Positions 37,871 through 47,598 of a DNA stretch of 64,000 bases are shown here, piece after piece (positions within the stretch are counted from its first letter, which is position 1; every line of letters starts with the position of its first letter). Where the stretch lies: contig CAYFXC010000003.1 in NCBI GenBank assembly GCA_964347045.1, positions 70,701 to 134,700 of the forward strand, given 5' to 3'. The notes below the pieces were generated by a model. The model saw nothing but the letters and a program-made list of their open reading frames with translations. It was not told the origin of the DNA and ran no database searches. The position numbers and the translations under genes were made by a program. This DNA is from an uncultured archaeon. Lineage in GTDB: Archaea > Asgardarchaeota > Hermodarchaeia > Hermodarchaeales > Hermodarchaeaceae.

Positions 37871-38889
37871 TGTACAAAGCAAGAAATGGTTCCTTGATGA
37901 CCTCTTCTCATTCAAAAAGAAAAATCCCGACTGTTGCTTGTTTAGGCGAAGTAATCATTGATTTTATTGCCGAAGAAATTGGAACCCTAGACACAGTCAG
38001 TTCTTTTTCTAAGTATCCAGGAGGCGCTCCTGCCAACGTTGCTGTGGGAGTTGCAAGATTGGGTGTTGCTACTGGATTCATCGGAAAGGTAGGTTTTGAC
38101 GCTTTTGGAGACTATTTAATTTCTATACTTAAACAAAATGGAGTGGACATAAGGGGCATCACTCAAACCAAGGACGCACCGACAGCAGTAGCTTTTGTGA
38201 GTCGTTCTACATCCAAAGACCGTGATTTCCTTTTCTACCGTAATCCGTGTGCTGATCTTCTTTTGAAAAAATCTGAGCTCCCACGGGACTGGTTGACTCA
38301 AATTAAGTATTTGCATATCGGTGGTGTGAGTCTAACCCAAGAACCAAGTCGACAAGCAACCATGTATGCAACAAAAGTTGCTAAACAGAGTGGGGTGAAT
38401 GTTACTTTTGATCCCAATCTAAGAGTAGATCTTTGGTCAAATGGGCTTCCTGAATGTCGTAAAGTGATTCACTCAATCCTTGAAAATACCGATGTCTTTC
38501 TTCCCTCTTATGAAGAATTACTGACGCTCATGGCCACTGATAATTTAAACAAGGCATTACTCCGTGCACACGATATGGGGCCTTCTATAATTGTTGTAAA
38601 AATGGGATCCGATGGGAGTTTAGTCTCAGAGACAAGTCATAAAGGGGAATATCGACAATTTACTCAATCTGCTATTGATGTGAAGGTAGTAGATACAACG
38701 GGAGCAGGTGATGCCTATGATGCGGGTTTCATTGTAGGGCTTGTTCACGAATTATCAATTGAAGAGGCAGTTCTATGGGGGACTGCTGTAGCATCTCTTG
38801 TGATTACAAAAATTGGTGCAATGACAGCTCTTCCAACAAAAACCGAACTAGCCAATTTCCTAGATGGCTTTGAGAGAATTGGTTGCTAG
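37870..38889 (+). CDS. PfkB-family carbohydrate kinase
   Basis: PGGAPANVA, GKVG.D.FG, FDPNLR, DTTGAGD. Confidence 0.93.
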   Translation: MYKARNGSLMTSSHSKRKIPTVACLGEVIIDFIAEEIGTLDTVSSFSKYPGGAPANVAVGVARLGVATGFIGKVGFDAFGDYLISILKQNGVDIRGITQTKDAPTAVAFVSRSTSKDRDFLFYRNPCADLLLKKSELPRDWLTQIKYLHIGGVSLTQEPSRQATMYATKVAKQSGVNVTFDPNLRVDLWSNGLPECRKVIHSILENTDVFLPSYEELLTLMATDNLNKALLRAHDMGPSIIVVKMGSDGSLVSETSHKGEYRQFTQSAIDVKVVDTTGAGDAYDAGFIVGLVHELSIEEAVLWGTAVASLVITKIGAMTALPTKTELANFLDGFERIGC

Positions 38890-39500
38890 GCAACACAATA
38901 TCGAAAAACGACATGACGACCGGCGGTTTCTGAATCACGAATTATCCGAATTACATCGCCAGGTCGGGCGCCAATTGCCTTTGCAGCAGGATCTCCTGCC
39001 TTGATTTTGGGTAATTGCATCCGGTCAATTCCATATTCTTTCTCAATCGCTTCAATTTCTTTTTGAGTAATAATATCGTGCTCTGGAACCAGATCATGTT
39101 GAAAAAGATCGATTGAAAGAAATCGGTGATGTAAAAGTTCAACATCCATTTCTTTGGCTTCACGTCGAGCGGCATAGGTGTATCGTTCTCCGCCAATGAT
39201 GATAGCGTGTGTAAACTCGCCAATATCTCGCGCTTTTATTGTATTTCGTAAAATTTCAACACCAACTGTGGGTGTATCGAGAATAACCCGAACCAATAGA
39301 TTGGCTTTCGATTTCTCGATTGTCTTTTTAGCATGGATATCAATAACCCCTTCTTTTTCTCCTTCAACTCGCTTTGTAATCTTATATCCTCGTCGCTCAA
39401 TAAGTCGCTTAAGGTAATTGAACTGCTTGTCTGTTAACACAAATCTCACCAAAGATTCCGGAGTTTTTCCCACGCTCGCTTCGCGACAGAGGATGAACAA
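38886..39500 (-). CDS. rpo5: RNA polymerase subunit Rpo5/H with an RPB5-like N-terminal domain
   Basis: C-terminal HDLVPEH..LPKI...DP..GARPGDVIRIIRDSETAG..FR.V, preceded by an alpha/beta domain of ~110 aa. Confidence 0.9.
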   Translation of the reverse strand: MFILCREASVGKTPESLVRFVLTDKQFNYLKRLIERRGYKITKRVEGEKEGVIDIHAKKTIEKSKANLLVRVILDTPTVGVEILRNTIKARDIGEFTHAIIIGGERYTYAARREAKEMDVELLHHRFLSIDLFQHDLVPEHDIITQKEIEAIEKEYGIDRMQLPKIKAGDPAAKAIGARPGDVIRIIRDSETAGRHVVFRYCVA

Positions 39501-39536
39501 CTTATAAACATTTGTATCCTCTGGGTTTCTCTTCTC

Positions 39537-40331
39537 CTAATGGACGGGTTTGAGTAAGGATTTCCGGTAATCATGAGGGTCAATCTGTGATGACAATATC
39601 TCGATTTCTCTCTCCGAAGGAGGCGCTGTTACTTCAAACTTATCAGGAATTTTAAACAAAAAACCAGTTTGTTCTTGCACTTGTCTCAGCCCTATACCTG
39701 GATGAATTGATTTTAGAAATATTCTTCTGTCACTCCTATTAAATTGAAAAACGCATAAATTTGTAACAATAACATCTGGCCCTCCGTGTCGGTGTCCCTT
39801 TGCTGCAGAAATCCATCCAGGGCTTGTTATAAATGGGACCTGCTTTACTAGGCTACGCTGGCTATGATTCGTTCGCCATGAAACAATCCGTCGAAAGCTT
39901 CGAATCATAAGTGGGCCACCCGCTCCTCCAGGCAAACGAACTTTTGGTTGTGTCGGGTCTTTGCCAATTATGCTCATGTTCAAATTCCCAAACTGATCAA
40001 TCTGAACACCACTAAGAAAAGCCACATCCATTCGACCGTTGTTCGCTAAATCAAATATCTCAGGGAAAGTAATTGCGTTCTCACAATCATCAAAGAGATG
40101 TGGATCACCAGTGGAAAAGGGTAGAGTATGAGGCTTTGGATTAATAGTTCCAAGAATTGTGAAATACAACAGGTTAGGTGCATGTGTTGCTTTAGCAAGC
40201 AGTGTTGCGAGCATTTGCACTGGGCTTGCCACTCCTGTAAAAACTCGGTCTCCATCTTTTAATTGACGGGCCAATGTTGACAAAATCAGTTCATCAAAGC
40301 TATAATCCCTAGATAATTTTGTCATTTGCAT
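39537..40331 (-). CDS. Family I CoA-transferase beta subunit (GctB/CatJ-like)
   Basis: LAKATHAPNL, FLSGVQIDQFGNLN, RLPGGAG, V.FITSPG. Confidence 0.85.
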   Translation of the reverse strand: MQMTKLSRDYSFDELILSTLARQLKDGDRVFTGVASPVQMLATLLAKATHAPNLLYFTILGTINPKPHTLPFSTGDPHLFDDCENAITFPEIFDLANNGRMDVAFLSGVQIDQFGNLNMSIIGKDPTQPKVRLPGGAGGPLMIRSFRRIVSWRTNHSQRSLVKQVPFITSPGWISAAKGHRHGGPDVIVTNLCVFQFNRSDRRIFLKSIHPGIGLRQVQEQTGFLFKIPDKFEVTAPPSEREIEILSSQIDPHDYRKSLLKPVH

Positions 40332-40334
40332 CCC

Positions 40335-41234
40335 CTAATTCACTGAATTAGCTTGAGGCGTTCTCCAACTAGGAGGTAGCCCCACTTTTTCCAAAAAGGT
40401 TTGATGATCAGAACAGGCATGGATATATTCTTGCAGATACTCATCGAAGCCTTTCTGAGTTTGAGCTTTTTCTTGGTAAAATGAAATATGTGCGGTATCT
40501 GTTTCGTATTTTTTATTGAGTGCGGTGGGTGTAGCACCGTACGGAACTATCGATATTGCATCAACAAGAAAATGAGGAATTGCGATTTGACTCGGTTCAA
40601 ATATTTCCGACTCTATGCCCTCTTCGACTGTGACTAATACTTTATTACATGCTTGGGCTGTGGTTAACGTGAAATTTGTCCATGGTTCAAGCAGGCGCAC
40701 ATTTCCTTTCGAGTCCGCTGAGTGAGCATGGAGCAATAAAACATCGGGACGTAAAGCTGGAACTATGATGATCGTTTCTTTTGGGTCATAGGGGGACTGC
40801 ATCAAAAGATAATCTTTACGAATGGAGAGTAAATCAGATCCCCGAAAATCTGGTAGTGGGATGAATGGAATACCAAATGCTCCTGCGCGTAGAGCCATGC
40901 AGATGGCATAACCCATACTTTCCTTTACACGAATCAATCTATTTTCGACAGCTTCTCGGAAACGGCGCATTGTTGCAAAACCATTTTGGGTCATAAAACC
41001 CAGAAAATAGAATTCGAGTTCTGAAACAGTACCAGCTCCAACGAGCTGATCTATGGCTAAACCATTAGGTGCACTAACAATTCGGAGATCTCGGAGCTCA
41101 GCGCGGATAATCTCATGAACTGCAGCCATAGGTAAGCGGTTGATCAGTAATCCTTCCAAATAGATATGGCTCTTATGAGAGATGTTCTGACGTACTAGCT
41201 GGTGTAGCGACGTGAACTTATGGGATTTAGACAT
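40335..41234 (-). CDS. Family I CoA-transferase alpha subunit (GctA/CatI-like)
   Basis: PMAAVHEIIR, LRAGAFGIPF.P..GSDL, PDV.LLHA..AD.KGN, VTVEE. Confidence 0.85.
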   Translation of the reverse strand: MSKSHKFTSLHQLVRQNISHKSHIYLEGLLINRLPMAAVHEIIRAELRDLRIVSAPNGLAIDQLVGAGTVSELEFYFLGFMTQNGFATMRRFREAVENRLIRVKESMGYAICMALRAGAFGIPFIPLPDFRGSDLLSIRKDYLLMQSPYDPKETIIIVPALRPDVLLLHAHSADSKGNVRLLEPWTNFTLTTAQACNKVLVTVEEGIESEIFEPSQIAIPHFLVDAISIVPYGATPTALNKKYETDTAHISFYQEKAQTQKGFDEYLQEYIHACSDHQTFLEKVGLPPSWRTPQANSVN

Positions 41235-41293
41235 GATTAATCCAACCAGGGCTTTTTTTCAAATGGTCGATTTTTTGGAGATGCGGCGCTTAG

Positions 41294-42331
41294 TTATTTG
41301 GTATTTTCTTTGGGTTCCGTAATGCGGATCCAGCCTTTCCTTATCACCCAAATTAGTGGGATGATAATTGCTGGAACAACAATCAGTAACTGAATTTGCC
41401 AAGTATACACAGGAATCCCGTATGGTAGATAGAATAGGGGCAAGGGCCAAAAGACGTTATACATCCCTAGGATGTTCGCAACAAGGGATGGAACCGCAAC
41501 GGTAACAGTAATTGCAGTCAAGATCACGATTACCCGGTTCAAGCGATTGGCGAGTAATATCGAATGTAATGAGACAAGGTCCGTTAGGTTGCGTGCATTA
41601 ATCTCCAGAGCTTGTTGTTGTCGTTCTAGTTCTGAAATAGTTGTGCTAAGAAGTGCTCTCAACTCATCTGTTAGTTGCAAATTGCGCGGAACGTGTTGAA
41701 GCATCATATCGATGAATTGACGCTGAGAGGTAAGATGTTGGTAAAATTCGTTTTGAAGAGAGCGAATTCGCTGGATTTCTGAAAGTAATGTATTGATGTC
41801 GATATCAGCGTATCTCGATTCCAATTCTTTGGTTGCTTCTACAATTTGATTAATTATTAGTGCGTTTCGCTCTATAATTTCTTGTACAATACGAACAGCA
41901 ACTAAAGATGGATTCACTTGTTGTCCGGAAGTCACAAGGTTTCTAAGGGTTTCTTCAACTTCAACAATGGCATCATCTGGGATTCTCTTGCCAACGGTAG
42001 CAACCATTTTCTCTCCTAATAATATCAGAACTGGTTCTGAATGCTGTATTGGTTCTAGAACTATGGTTGGTACATGAAATGCTGAGTAGTCATAAAATCT
42101 ATGATAACGACCTTTGTGTGATTGTTCTAAAACGCGGGAGAGGCTTTTTGAATCAACTGACAAGAACAAACCTAGTTCACTATACTCCTCTGCGATGGGG
42201 TCTACAGCAGAAAGCCAAATGAAATCAGTTTTCCTCCAGATTTTCTGGAAATCTTCACCTTTTGCTAGTTTATGAAACTCATTGTTTCTGGTATAGTACA
42301 CTTGTAGCATAGTGATCCTAAACCTCCACAA
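41294..42331 (-). CDS. CorA-family divalent cation transporter (atypical GMYN signature)
   Basis: Long stalk helices, NRLNRVIVILT..PSLVANILGMYN, two C-terminal TMs. Confidence 0.75.
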   Translation of the reverse strand: MWRFRITMLQVYYTRNNEFHKLAKGEDFQKIWRKTDFIWLSAVDPIAEEYSELGLFLSVDSKSLSRVLEQSHKGRYHRFYDYSAFHVPTIVLEPIQHSEPVLILLGEKMVATVGKRIPDDAIVEVEETLRNLVTSGQQVNPSLVAVRIVQEIIERNALIINQIVEATKELESRYADIDINTLLSEIQRIRSLQNEFYQHLTSQRQFIDMMLQHVPRNLQLTDELRALLSTTISELERQQQALEINARNLTDLVSLHSILLANRLNRVIVILTAITVTVAVPSLVANILGMYNVFWPLPLFYLPYGIPVYTWQIQLLIVVPAIIIPLIWVIRKGWIRITEPKENTK

Positions 42332-42397
42332 TTTGGCTGGACCAACAATTCATGTATTAGGAGGAGGGGGTATTAAAAGATTGAAAATTAGCACGAC

Positions 42398-43504
42398 CTA
42401 CTTCATTCGACGTGAAAGTGTTATAGTCTCACCCTTTAGTTCTAGAAGTCCTGCCCGGACAAGTTCTTGTACACGTCGTCGGGCTTCGTAAATACCCACA
42501 CCTAGAATCTTACTCATCTCTTCAAGGGTGCGTTGACCAGTTTCACGCACCAATAAGTAAATTCGATATTTAGAATCTTTTTCAAGAGCTTTTTTCAAAT
42601 GGTCCAGCTCAACTTCCAAATCGTTGACTCGCCGCCGTAAAACAGTTGTATCTTGCACGGCTTCTCGTTGTACAATTTCTACAGTTCGAAGTTTAGATGC
42701 CTCTTCTTGAGCGTCTTGAGCCAAATCCTTTTTCACAAGTATGTCTTTTTGCAGAGCAACCAGTTCTACATCGCGTTTTTTAATGACTTCACGTAACTTC
42801 CCAATCTGTTCAGCCATTGCCTCTAGCTGAATTAACAGGTGCTCTTCTCGCTCTTTTGATGTGTTTTCTAAATTTTTGTGATCTTTTTCAAGTTTCAGAA
42901 GCTTCTGTGTAGCCTCTGAAAGTTCCCCTTTTGTTCCTTTGAGCTTTTTCGTCTTATCTTTTTCGCTAATAGTGACCTTGTTCAATTCAGTTTCTAAGTC
43001 AGTTATCTGCTTTTGTAGTTCTGCGTTATCATTATTTGCTTGATCAAGTTGTTGAGTAAGGGAGGCTACCTGTTCATTAAGAACTGCTTTCTTAGTGCTA
43101 GTTTCATCAACTTGATTTAGAAGATCAGCAACCTGCTTAGAAATCTCTTGATTCTCATGTTTTACTTTCCTAAATTCAGCAGTTAACGATGTAATTTCAT
43201 CACGCAATAGAGCTGTTTCATCTTCGATTTCTTCACTTATTGCTTCAACATGTTCTGCTGGCGTTTCGGTGACTTCTTTCTCCGATAAAATTTCTGACGG
43301 GTCGTCAATTAGTTCAGTATTTGGTTCTTCTGTGGGTTCTTCTGTGGGTTCTTCTGTGGGTTCTTCTGTGGGTTCTTCTGTGGGTTCAGAAACGGGCTCA
43401 TCAACAGGTTCGATTGTGTATTCGCTTTTTTGTTCTCCTAGTTTTCGATATCTCCATTTCTTATCAGTTGAATTTGGTGAGTCCTCAGGCAGCTCAAATG
43501 GCAT
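42398..43504 (-). CDS. Acidic-repeat / long coiled-coil / C-terminal winged-helix protein
   Basis: (PTEE)n linker, ~210-aa heptad region, C-terminal TLEEMSKILGVGIYEARRRVQELVRAGLL. Confidence 0.75.
   Translation of the reverse strand: MPFELPEDSPNSTDKKWRYRKLGEQKSEYTIEPVDEPVSEPTEEPTEEPTEEPTEEPTEEPNTELIDDPSEILSEKEVTETPAEHVEAISEEIEDETALLRDEITSLTAEFRKVKHENQEISKQVADLLNQVDETSTKKAVLNEQVASLTQQLDQANNDNAELQKQITDLETELNKVTISEKDKTKKLKGTKGELSEATQKLLKLEKDHKNLENTSKEREEHLLIQLEAMAEQIGKLREVIKKRDVELVALQKDILVKKDLAQDAQEEASKLRTVEIVQREAVQDTTVLRRRVNDLEVELDHLKKALEKDSKYRIYLLVRETGQRTLEEMSKILGVGIYEARRRVQELVRAGLLELKGETITLSRRMK
43323..43387. repeat. 12-bp perfect tandem repeat (GGTTCTTCTGTG) x5.4 encoding PTEE
   Basis: Read directly from the sequence. 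Confidence 0.97.
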
Positions 43505-43618
43505 ACGAATTCCCCTTTTAGTACTAGATTATCAATTCAAATACGCAAAAAACTTTGTGGCGCTCTTATACAAGAGTATAGAATCTCGCGTAACACAAAA
43601 TGTCAAAACTACTTCTTT

Positions 43619-44812
43619 TCAGTTCTCATTTTCGAAACAATAGGTTGTGGTTTGAAATTTGTTGGTAAGCGCATGCACTTCTTTTTTGACTTGTTTACGA
43701 TCGGCTCCCTTAAGGCGTTTGGCGATTAATTGTGCAATAACTGGCATTTGCTCGTTTTTCATACCCCGCCGTGTAATTTCTTGTGACCCTAAGCGCACGC
43801 CTGCATCCGCAATGATATCTGCTGCTTCTAATTGGGCACAGAATTTTTGTCCCTGGGCATAGTTTTCTACTTGCAATAATACTTGATGTGACTTTGTATA
43901 TCCCCAATCTTCTCCAATTACCGGAATGTTCATCTCTACTAACGCTTGAGCTAACCTTTGTGAATTCTCGACAACCTGTTTTGCATAGTTTTTCCCAAAA
44001 GTGAGCAATTCAGCTAATGCAATAGCTAATGCTGCGACTCGATGATGATGGTAGTTATCAACTAGCACAGGATAAGGACGTAATGTCAAATCAATTTGCT
44101 CAGCTAGTTCTGGATCTTTTTTCACTAGTACAATTCCTCCTTGAGGACCAAAAAACGTCTTATGTGTACTCCCTAACATGATCTGTGCTCCTTCTTTGAA
44201 GGGGTTCTGGAACTGTTCACCTGCAATAAGACCAAGAACGTGTGATGCATCGTAAACTAATGTTGTTTCTACTTCTTTGCAAATTCGTGTAAGTTCAGCC
44301 ACGGGATGGGGTTTCAAAAAAAAACTTGCCCCTAAGATTACAAGACGTGGACGTACACGTTCAATTAGCTCAATAGCACGCTTTACGTTCATTGTATACC
44401 GATCTGATAGATATGGAAAATAGTGAACCTCAAGTGGAAAACGTGCTTGTAGGTTCAATGGATATCCGCCGTTATCAAAATGTGAAATAACGATCGGGTC
44501 ATTCGGTTGACACAAACCCATAATCACTGACATCAATGAAAGGTGTCCGGATAGGGGTCGAACATTAGCATATTGGGCGTGAAAAAGTTTCGTTGCGGCT
44601 TTAATTGCTAATTCCTCAACCTTCCTAGAATATTTTTGCCCACCATACCATGGTTCATCCCATGCATATCGGTGTCCAAAATCAGAAGCTAGCATTGCCC
44701 GGACTTGTGGGCTGGTTAAATTTTCTGAGGGAATTAGGTTCAAACAATTCTGTCGCCATTGCTCGTGTTCACGAACGATTGAATGGATTGTTTGAGCAAT
44801 TTCTGCACACAT
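43619..44812 (-). CDS. glyA: Serine hydroxymethyltransferase (archaeal type)
   Basis: LIPSEN, SDFGHRYA, NVRPLSG, YDASHVLGLIAG, STHKTFFGPQGG. Confidence 0.95.
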   Translation of the reverse strand: MCAEIAQTIHSIVREHEQWRQNCLNLIPSENLTSPQVRAMLASDFGHRYAWDEPWYGGQKYSRKVEELAIKAATKLFHAQYANVRPLSGHLSLMSVIMGLCQPNDPIVISHFDNGGYPLNLQARFPLEVHYFPYLSDRYTMNVKRAIELIERVRPRLVILGASFFLKPHPVAELTRICKEVETTLVYDASHVLGLIAGEQFQNPFKEGAQIMLGSTHKTFFGPQGGIVLVKKDPELAEQIDLTLRPYPVLVDNYHHHRVAALAIALAELLTFGKNYAKQVVENSQRLAQALVEMNIPVIGEDWGYTKSHQVLLQVENYAQGQKFCAQLEAADIIADAGVRLGSQEITRRGMKNEQMPVIAQLIAKRLKGADRKQVKKEVHALTNKFQTTTYCFENEN

Positions 44813-44926
44813 AATTACTCTACTCCGATTGAAGTTATTGTTGAATCTGGTTATATACTAATTAGAATGTATGTACTTGAACAAGCTTTTTCAATTGATA
44901 CATCTCAAAGCATTTTCTCATTGTAG

Positions 44927-46216
44927 TTGCAGGCGATGATTTTGACCGATGACGATACTTCCGAAGAGGCGCCTTTGAAGCAACAATCAGTCCGGATTTC
45001 TACTCTTTGGTCGTCTTGGCAAATCGGGGCAAATCTATTGTGGGCTTATACTGGGGCACTTGCAGTTGATTTAGGGGCTACTGGAGTTCAGCAAAGCACT
45101 GTAACTGGTGTTCAGACTCTTGGTAATGCTTCAATGCAATGGGCATGGGGAAGTCTGACCGACCGATTTGGACGACGCCCTTTTCTGTTCCTTGGGCTAC
45201 TCGCTATCGGCATGACTGCTGCTTTGGTTCCTTTCGCTCAAAATGCCTGGCAACTCATTTTGCTCTTATTAGTACCTACTATTATCGGAAGTGCCGCAAT
45301 CCCCGCTTGGAATGGCTTGCTCGGAGATATTACGACCATGCAGGGGCGCGGGCGGTTTGTGGGTATAATAACTGCTATTGGTACAATTGCTTCTGCTCTA
45401 ATTCTAGTAATTGTTGGTTTTGTTGCAGTATCTATTGGATTGATGGGTCTAGCCCAATTTCAAGTCCCCATGTATACAGCTGCCATCTCTATGGTAATTG
45501 CGGTAATTTGTGTCTTGGTTCTAACCGAAACTGTTCGCCCCTCAAAACGGCGAGTATTCGAGATACGTCAATCAATTCAGGGGACCCCTCGCTTTGTTCG
45601 GTTTTTAGGTATTAACACTCTCTTCTTCGCTGCTATGGGAGCGGCTTGGCCGCTCTTTCCGATAATTACCCGAGGCATCCTTCATGTTGATTTGTTTTTC
45701 ATTGCGATTTTCACCGCAATTTTTAGCATTAGCTCAGGAATTGCACAACTGTCAGGAGGTTATTTGACGGATCGTTATGGGCGAAAACCCATTATCATTA
45801 TTAGTCGTACTGTGATTTTTATTGCGCCTCTTAGTCATACTTTGGGTGCGATAACGGGGAACTTTTGGTTTCTATTACCAAGTAATATCACCGGGGGTTT
45901 TCTAACCGGATTATTTATTGTTAGTAGTACTGCATGGTTGCTTGATTCCGCACCAAAGATTCACCGGGGAACGATCGTGGCGCTCTTTAATTTCGCTACT
46001 GGCGTGAGTGCATTTTGCGCGGCAATGGTTTCAGGATTTGTGCTAGATTTCCTCGTGCTGTATGTTCCTTATGAAACAGTAGTAATCCTGATGATGCTTT
46101 CAATTGTGGTGATTCGAATCTTTGCTTCATTTGGCTACTTTGGCATTAACGAAACTCTTGTAAAAATCCCTGTACCAACTTTTCCTCATGTTCCAGAACC
46201 TGAAAAGGTTCCCTAA
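44927..46216 (+). CDS. MFS transporter
   Basis: ~12 TM; GSLTDRFGRRP and GYLTDRYGRKP motif A repeats. Confidence 0.92.
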   Translation: MQAMILTDDDTSEEAPLKQQSVRISTLWSSWQIGANLLWAYTGALAVDLGATGVQQSTVTGVQTLGNASMQWAWGSLTDRFGRRPFLFLGLLAIGMTAALVPFAQNAWQLILLLLVPTIIGSAAIPAWNGLLGDITTMQGRGRFVGIITAIGTIASALILVIVGFVAVSIGLMGLAQFQVPMYTAAISMVIAVICVLVLTETVRPSKRRVFEIRQSIQGTPRFVRFLGINTLFFAAMGAAWPLFPIITRGILHVDLFFIAIFTAIFSISSGIAQLSGGYLTDRYGRKPIIIISRTVIFIAPLSHTLGAITGNFWFLLPSNITGGFLTGLFIVSSTAWLLDSAPKIHRGTIVALFNFATGVSAFCAAMVSGFVLDFLVLYVPYETVVILMMLSIVVIRIFASFGYFGINETLVKIPVPTFPHVPEPEKVP

Positions 46217-47598
46217 GGGTTCGGAAACTGGTGTAGAGCGCGGACTAGCTCTGTATAAAATTTCGCGGTTTGCGGAATTGAATCAAGAAGTACATGCTCG
46301 TTAGAACCATGCACACCATATCCAATGGGACCAAAATCTATGGCTTGAATTGGACGGTCAGTAAAATGGCGCGTATCACTTGCCCCACCCAGTTCAATGG
46401 GTTCGGATTCTAGAGTGAGTTGAGTTGCGATAATCTGAGCCATTTGGACTAATTGAGAATCCTGAGGAGTGTTCATGAAGGCTTTGCCAACTCGTACAGA
46501 CATCTCATATTCGATTTGTGCAAGTTTCTCAGATAGAACTGTGTTCAGAGCCTTTTCAATTGGTTGACTGTCAGACGTCATTGCCCTTCCATCAAAATAA
46601 ATCTCCCATCGATTATTTTGCTCATATAACAAATTAGGGCAAAAGGTGATGCCATAATCACTGGGGTAGGTAGGGAATTGTATCCGAGTTATAGGTAATA
46701 GTGCTTGAAGAAGTTTTGTGAGGTTCTGATCACAAGTGCGAGTGTCTTCTTTTACCGAGTGAGTAGCATCAATTCCCTCAAATTCAAACCAATCTGGTAC
46801 TACATTGCTTTTAACGTAGCTTCCAGCGGTTGAAGAGATATTAATATTTGGGTTTTGAAGGAGAAAACTGGATGCAGCAAGTAGAGCGTGTTTATCAACT
46901 CCAGGCAAAAAATAGGCCGAATGCCGAGTTTGTCGTCCGGCATAATTTGTGGTGAATCGGTGTTTTTCGAATTTTCCATTACAAGGCTCCGGGTTTTGTG
47001 GAACCGAAACAGTGACCGAGACCGTGTTTCGTCGACGGGTGACTATTTGCATTCCAACTCCGTCAGCAGTAATTAGGTAATCAGGAAACAGGTCTTGTTT
47101 TTCTAGTCTAGCTCGGACAATCGGTGCTCCATTAATTCCCCCAATTTCTTCATCGCCTGTAATAACAAAAACTATGGTGCCTTCTATTTTGTGTTGAATT
47201 ATTTCTTCTGCTGAAAGGAGTAGAGCGGTTGTGTTTCCTTTGTCATCAGCGGTTCCACGTCCATATCCCATTCTGTCTCGCACCGTTAGCTCAAAAGGAT
47301 CAGTATCCCATCCTGGACCAATAGGAACTACATCAAAATGAGCTAGCAACAAGGTTACTGGACGACCCCTTCCGTGAATGGCAAGAACTGAAAAAAACCC
47401 GTTTTGTTCAAGAATCTGAGCATCATATCCCATCTCTGCTAGACGCTCATTCAGATATTCAGGGCATTCTCGTGTAGGCCGTATCATATTTCCTGGGTCA
47501 TTGACTGTGGGAAATGCGATAAGATGTTGCAATATATTGATGTAATCCAATCCATATTCACTCCATTTCATCAATGTCGTGCGGTTGTTACGGTGCAT
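46213..47598 (-). CDS. M20 family (ArgE/DapE-like) metallopeptidase
   Basis: AHFDVVP, GRGTADDKG, DEEIGG, GGASD, HGSNE. Confidence 0.92.
   Translation of the reverse strand: MHRNNRTTLMKWSEYGLDYINILQHLIAFPTVNDPGNMIRPTRECPEYLNERLAEMGYDAQILEQNGFFSVLAIHGRGRPVTLLLAHFDVVPIGPGWDTDPFELTVRDRMGYGRGTADDKGNTTALLLSAEEIIQHKIEGTIVFVITGDEEIGGINGAPIVRARLEKQDLFPDYLITADGVGMQIVTRRRNTVSVTVSVPQNPEPCNGKFEKHRFTTNYAGRQTRHSAYFLPGVDKHALLAASSFLLQNPNINISSTAGSYVKSNVVPDWFEFEGIDATHSVKEDTRTCDQNLTKLLQALLPITRIQFPTYPSDYGITFCPNLLYEQNNRWEIYFDGRAMTSDSQPIEKALNTVLSEKLAQIEYEMSVRVGKAFMNTPQDSQLVQMAQIIATQLTLESEPIELGGASDTRHFTDRPIQAIDFGPIGYGVHGSNEHVLLDSIPQTAKFYTELVRALHQFPNP

Noticed and set aside
43323-43387. Tandem repeat as a CRISPR array
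   Set aside because: No spacers; it is an in-frame coding 12-mer repeat.
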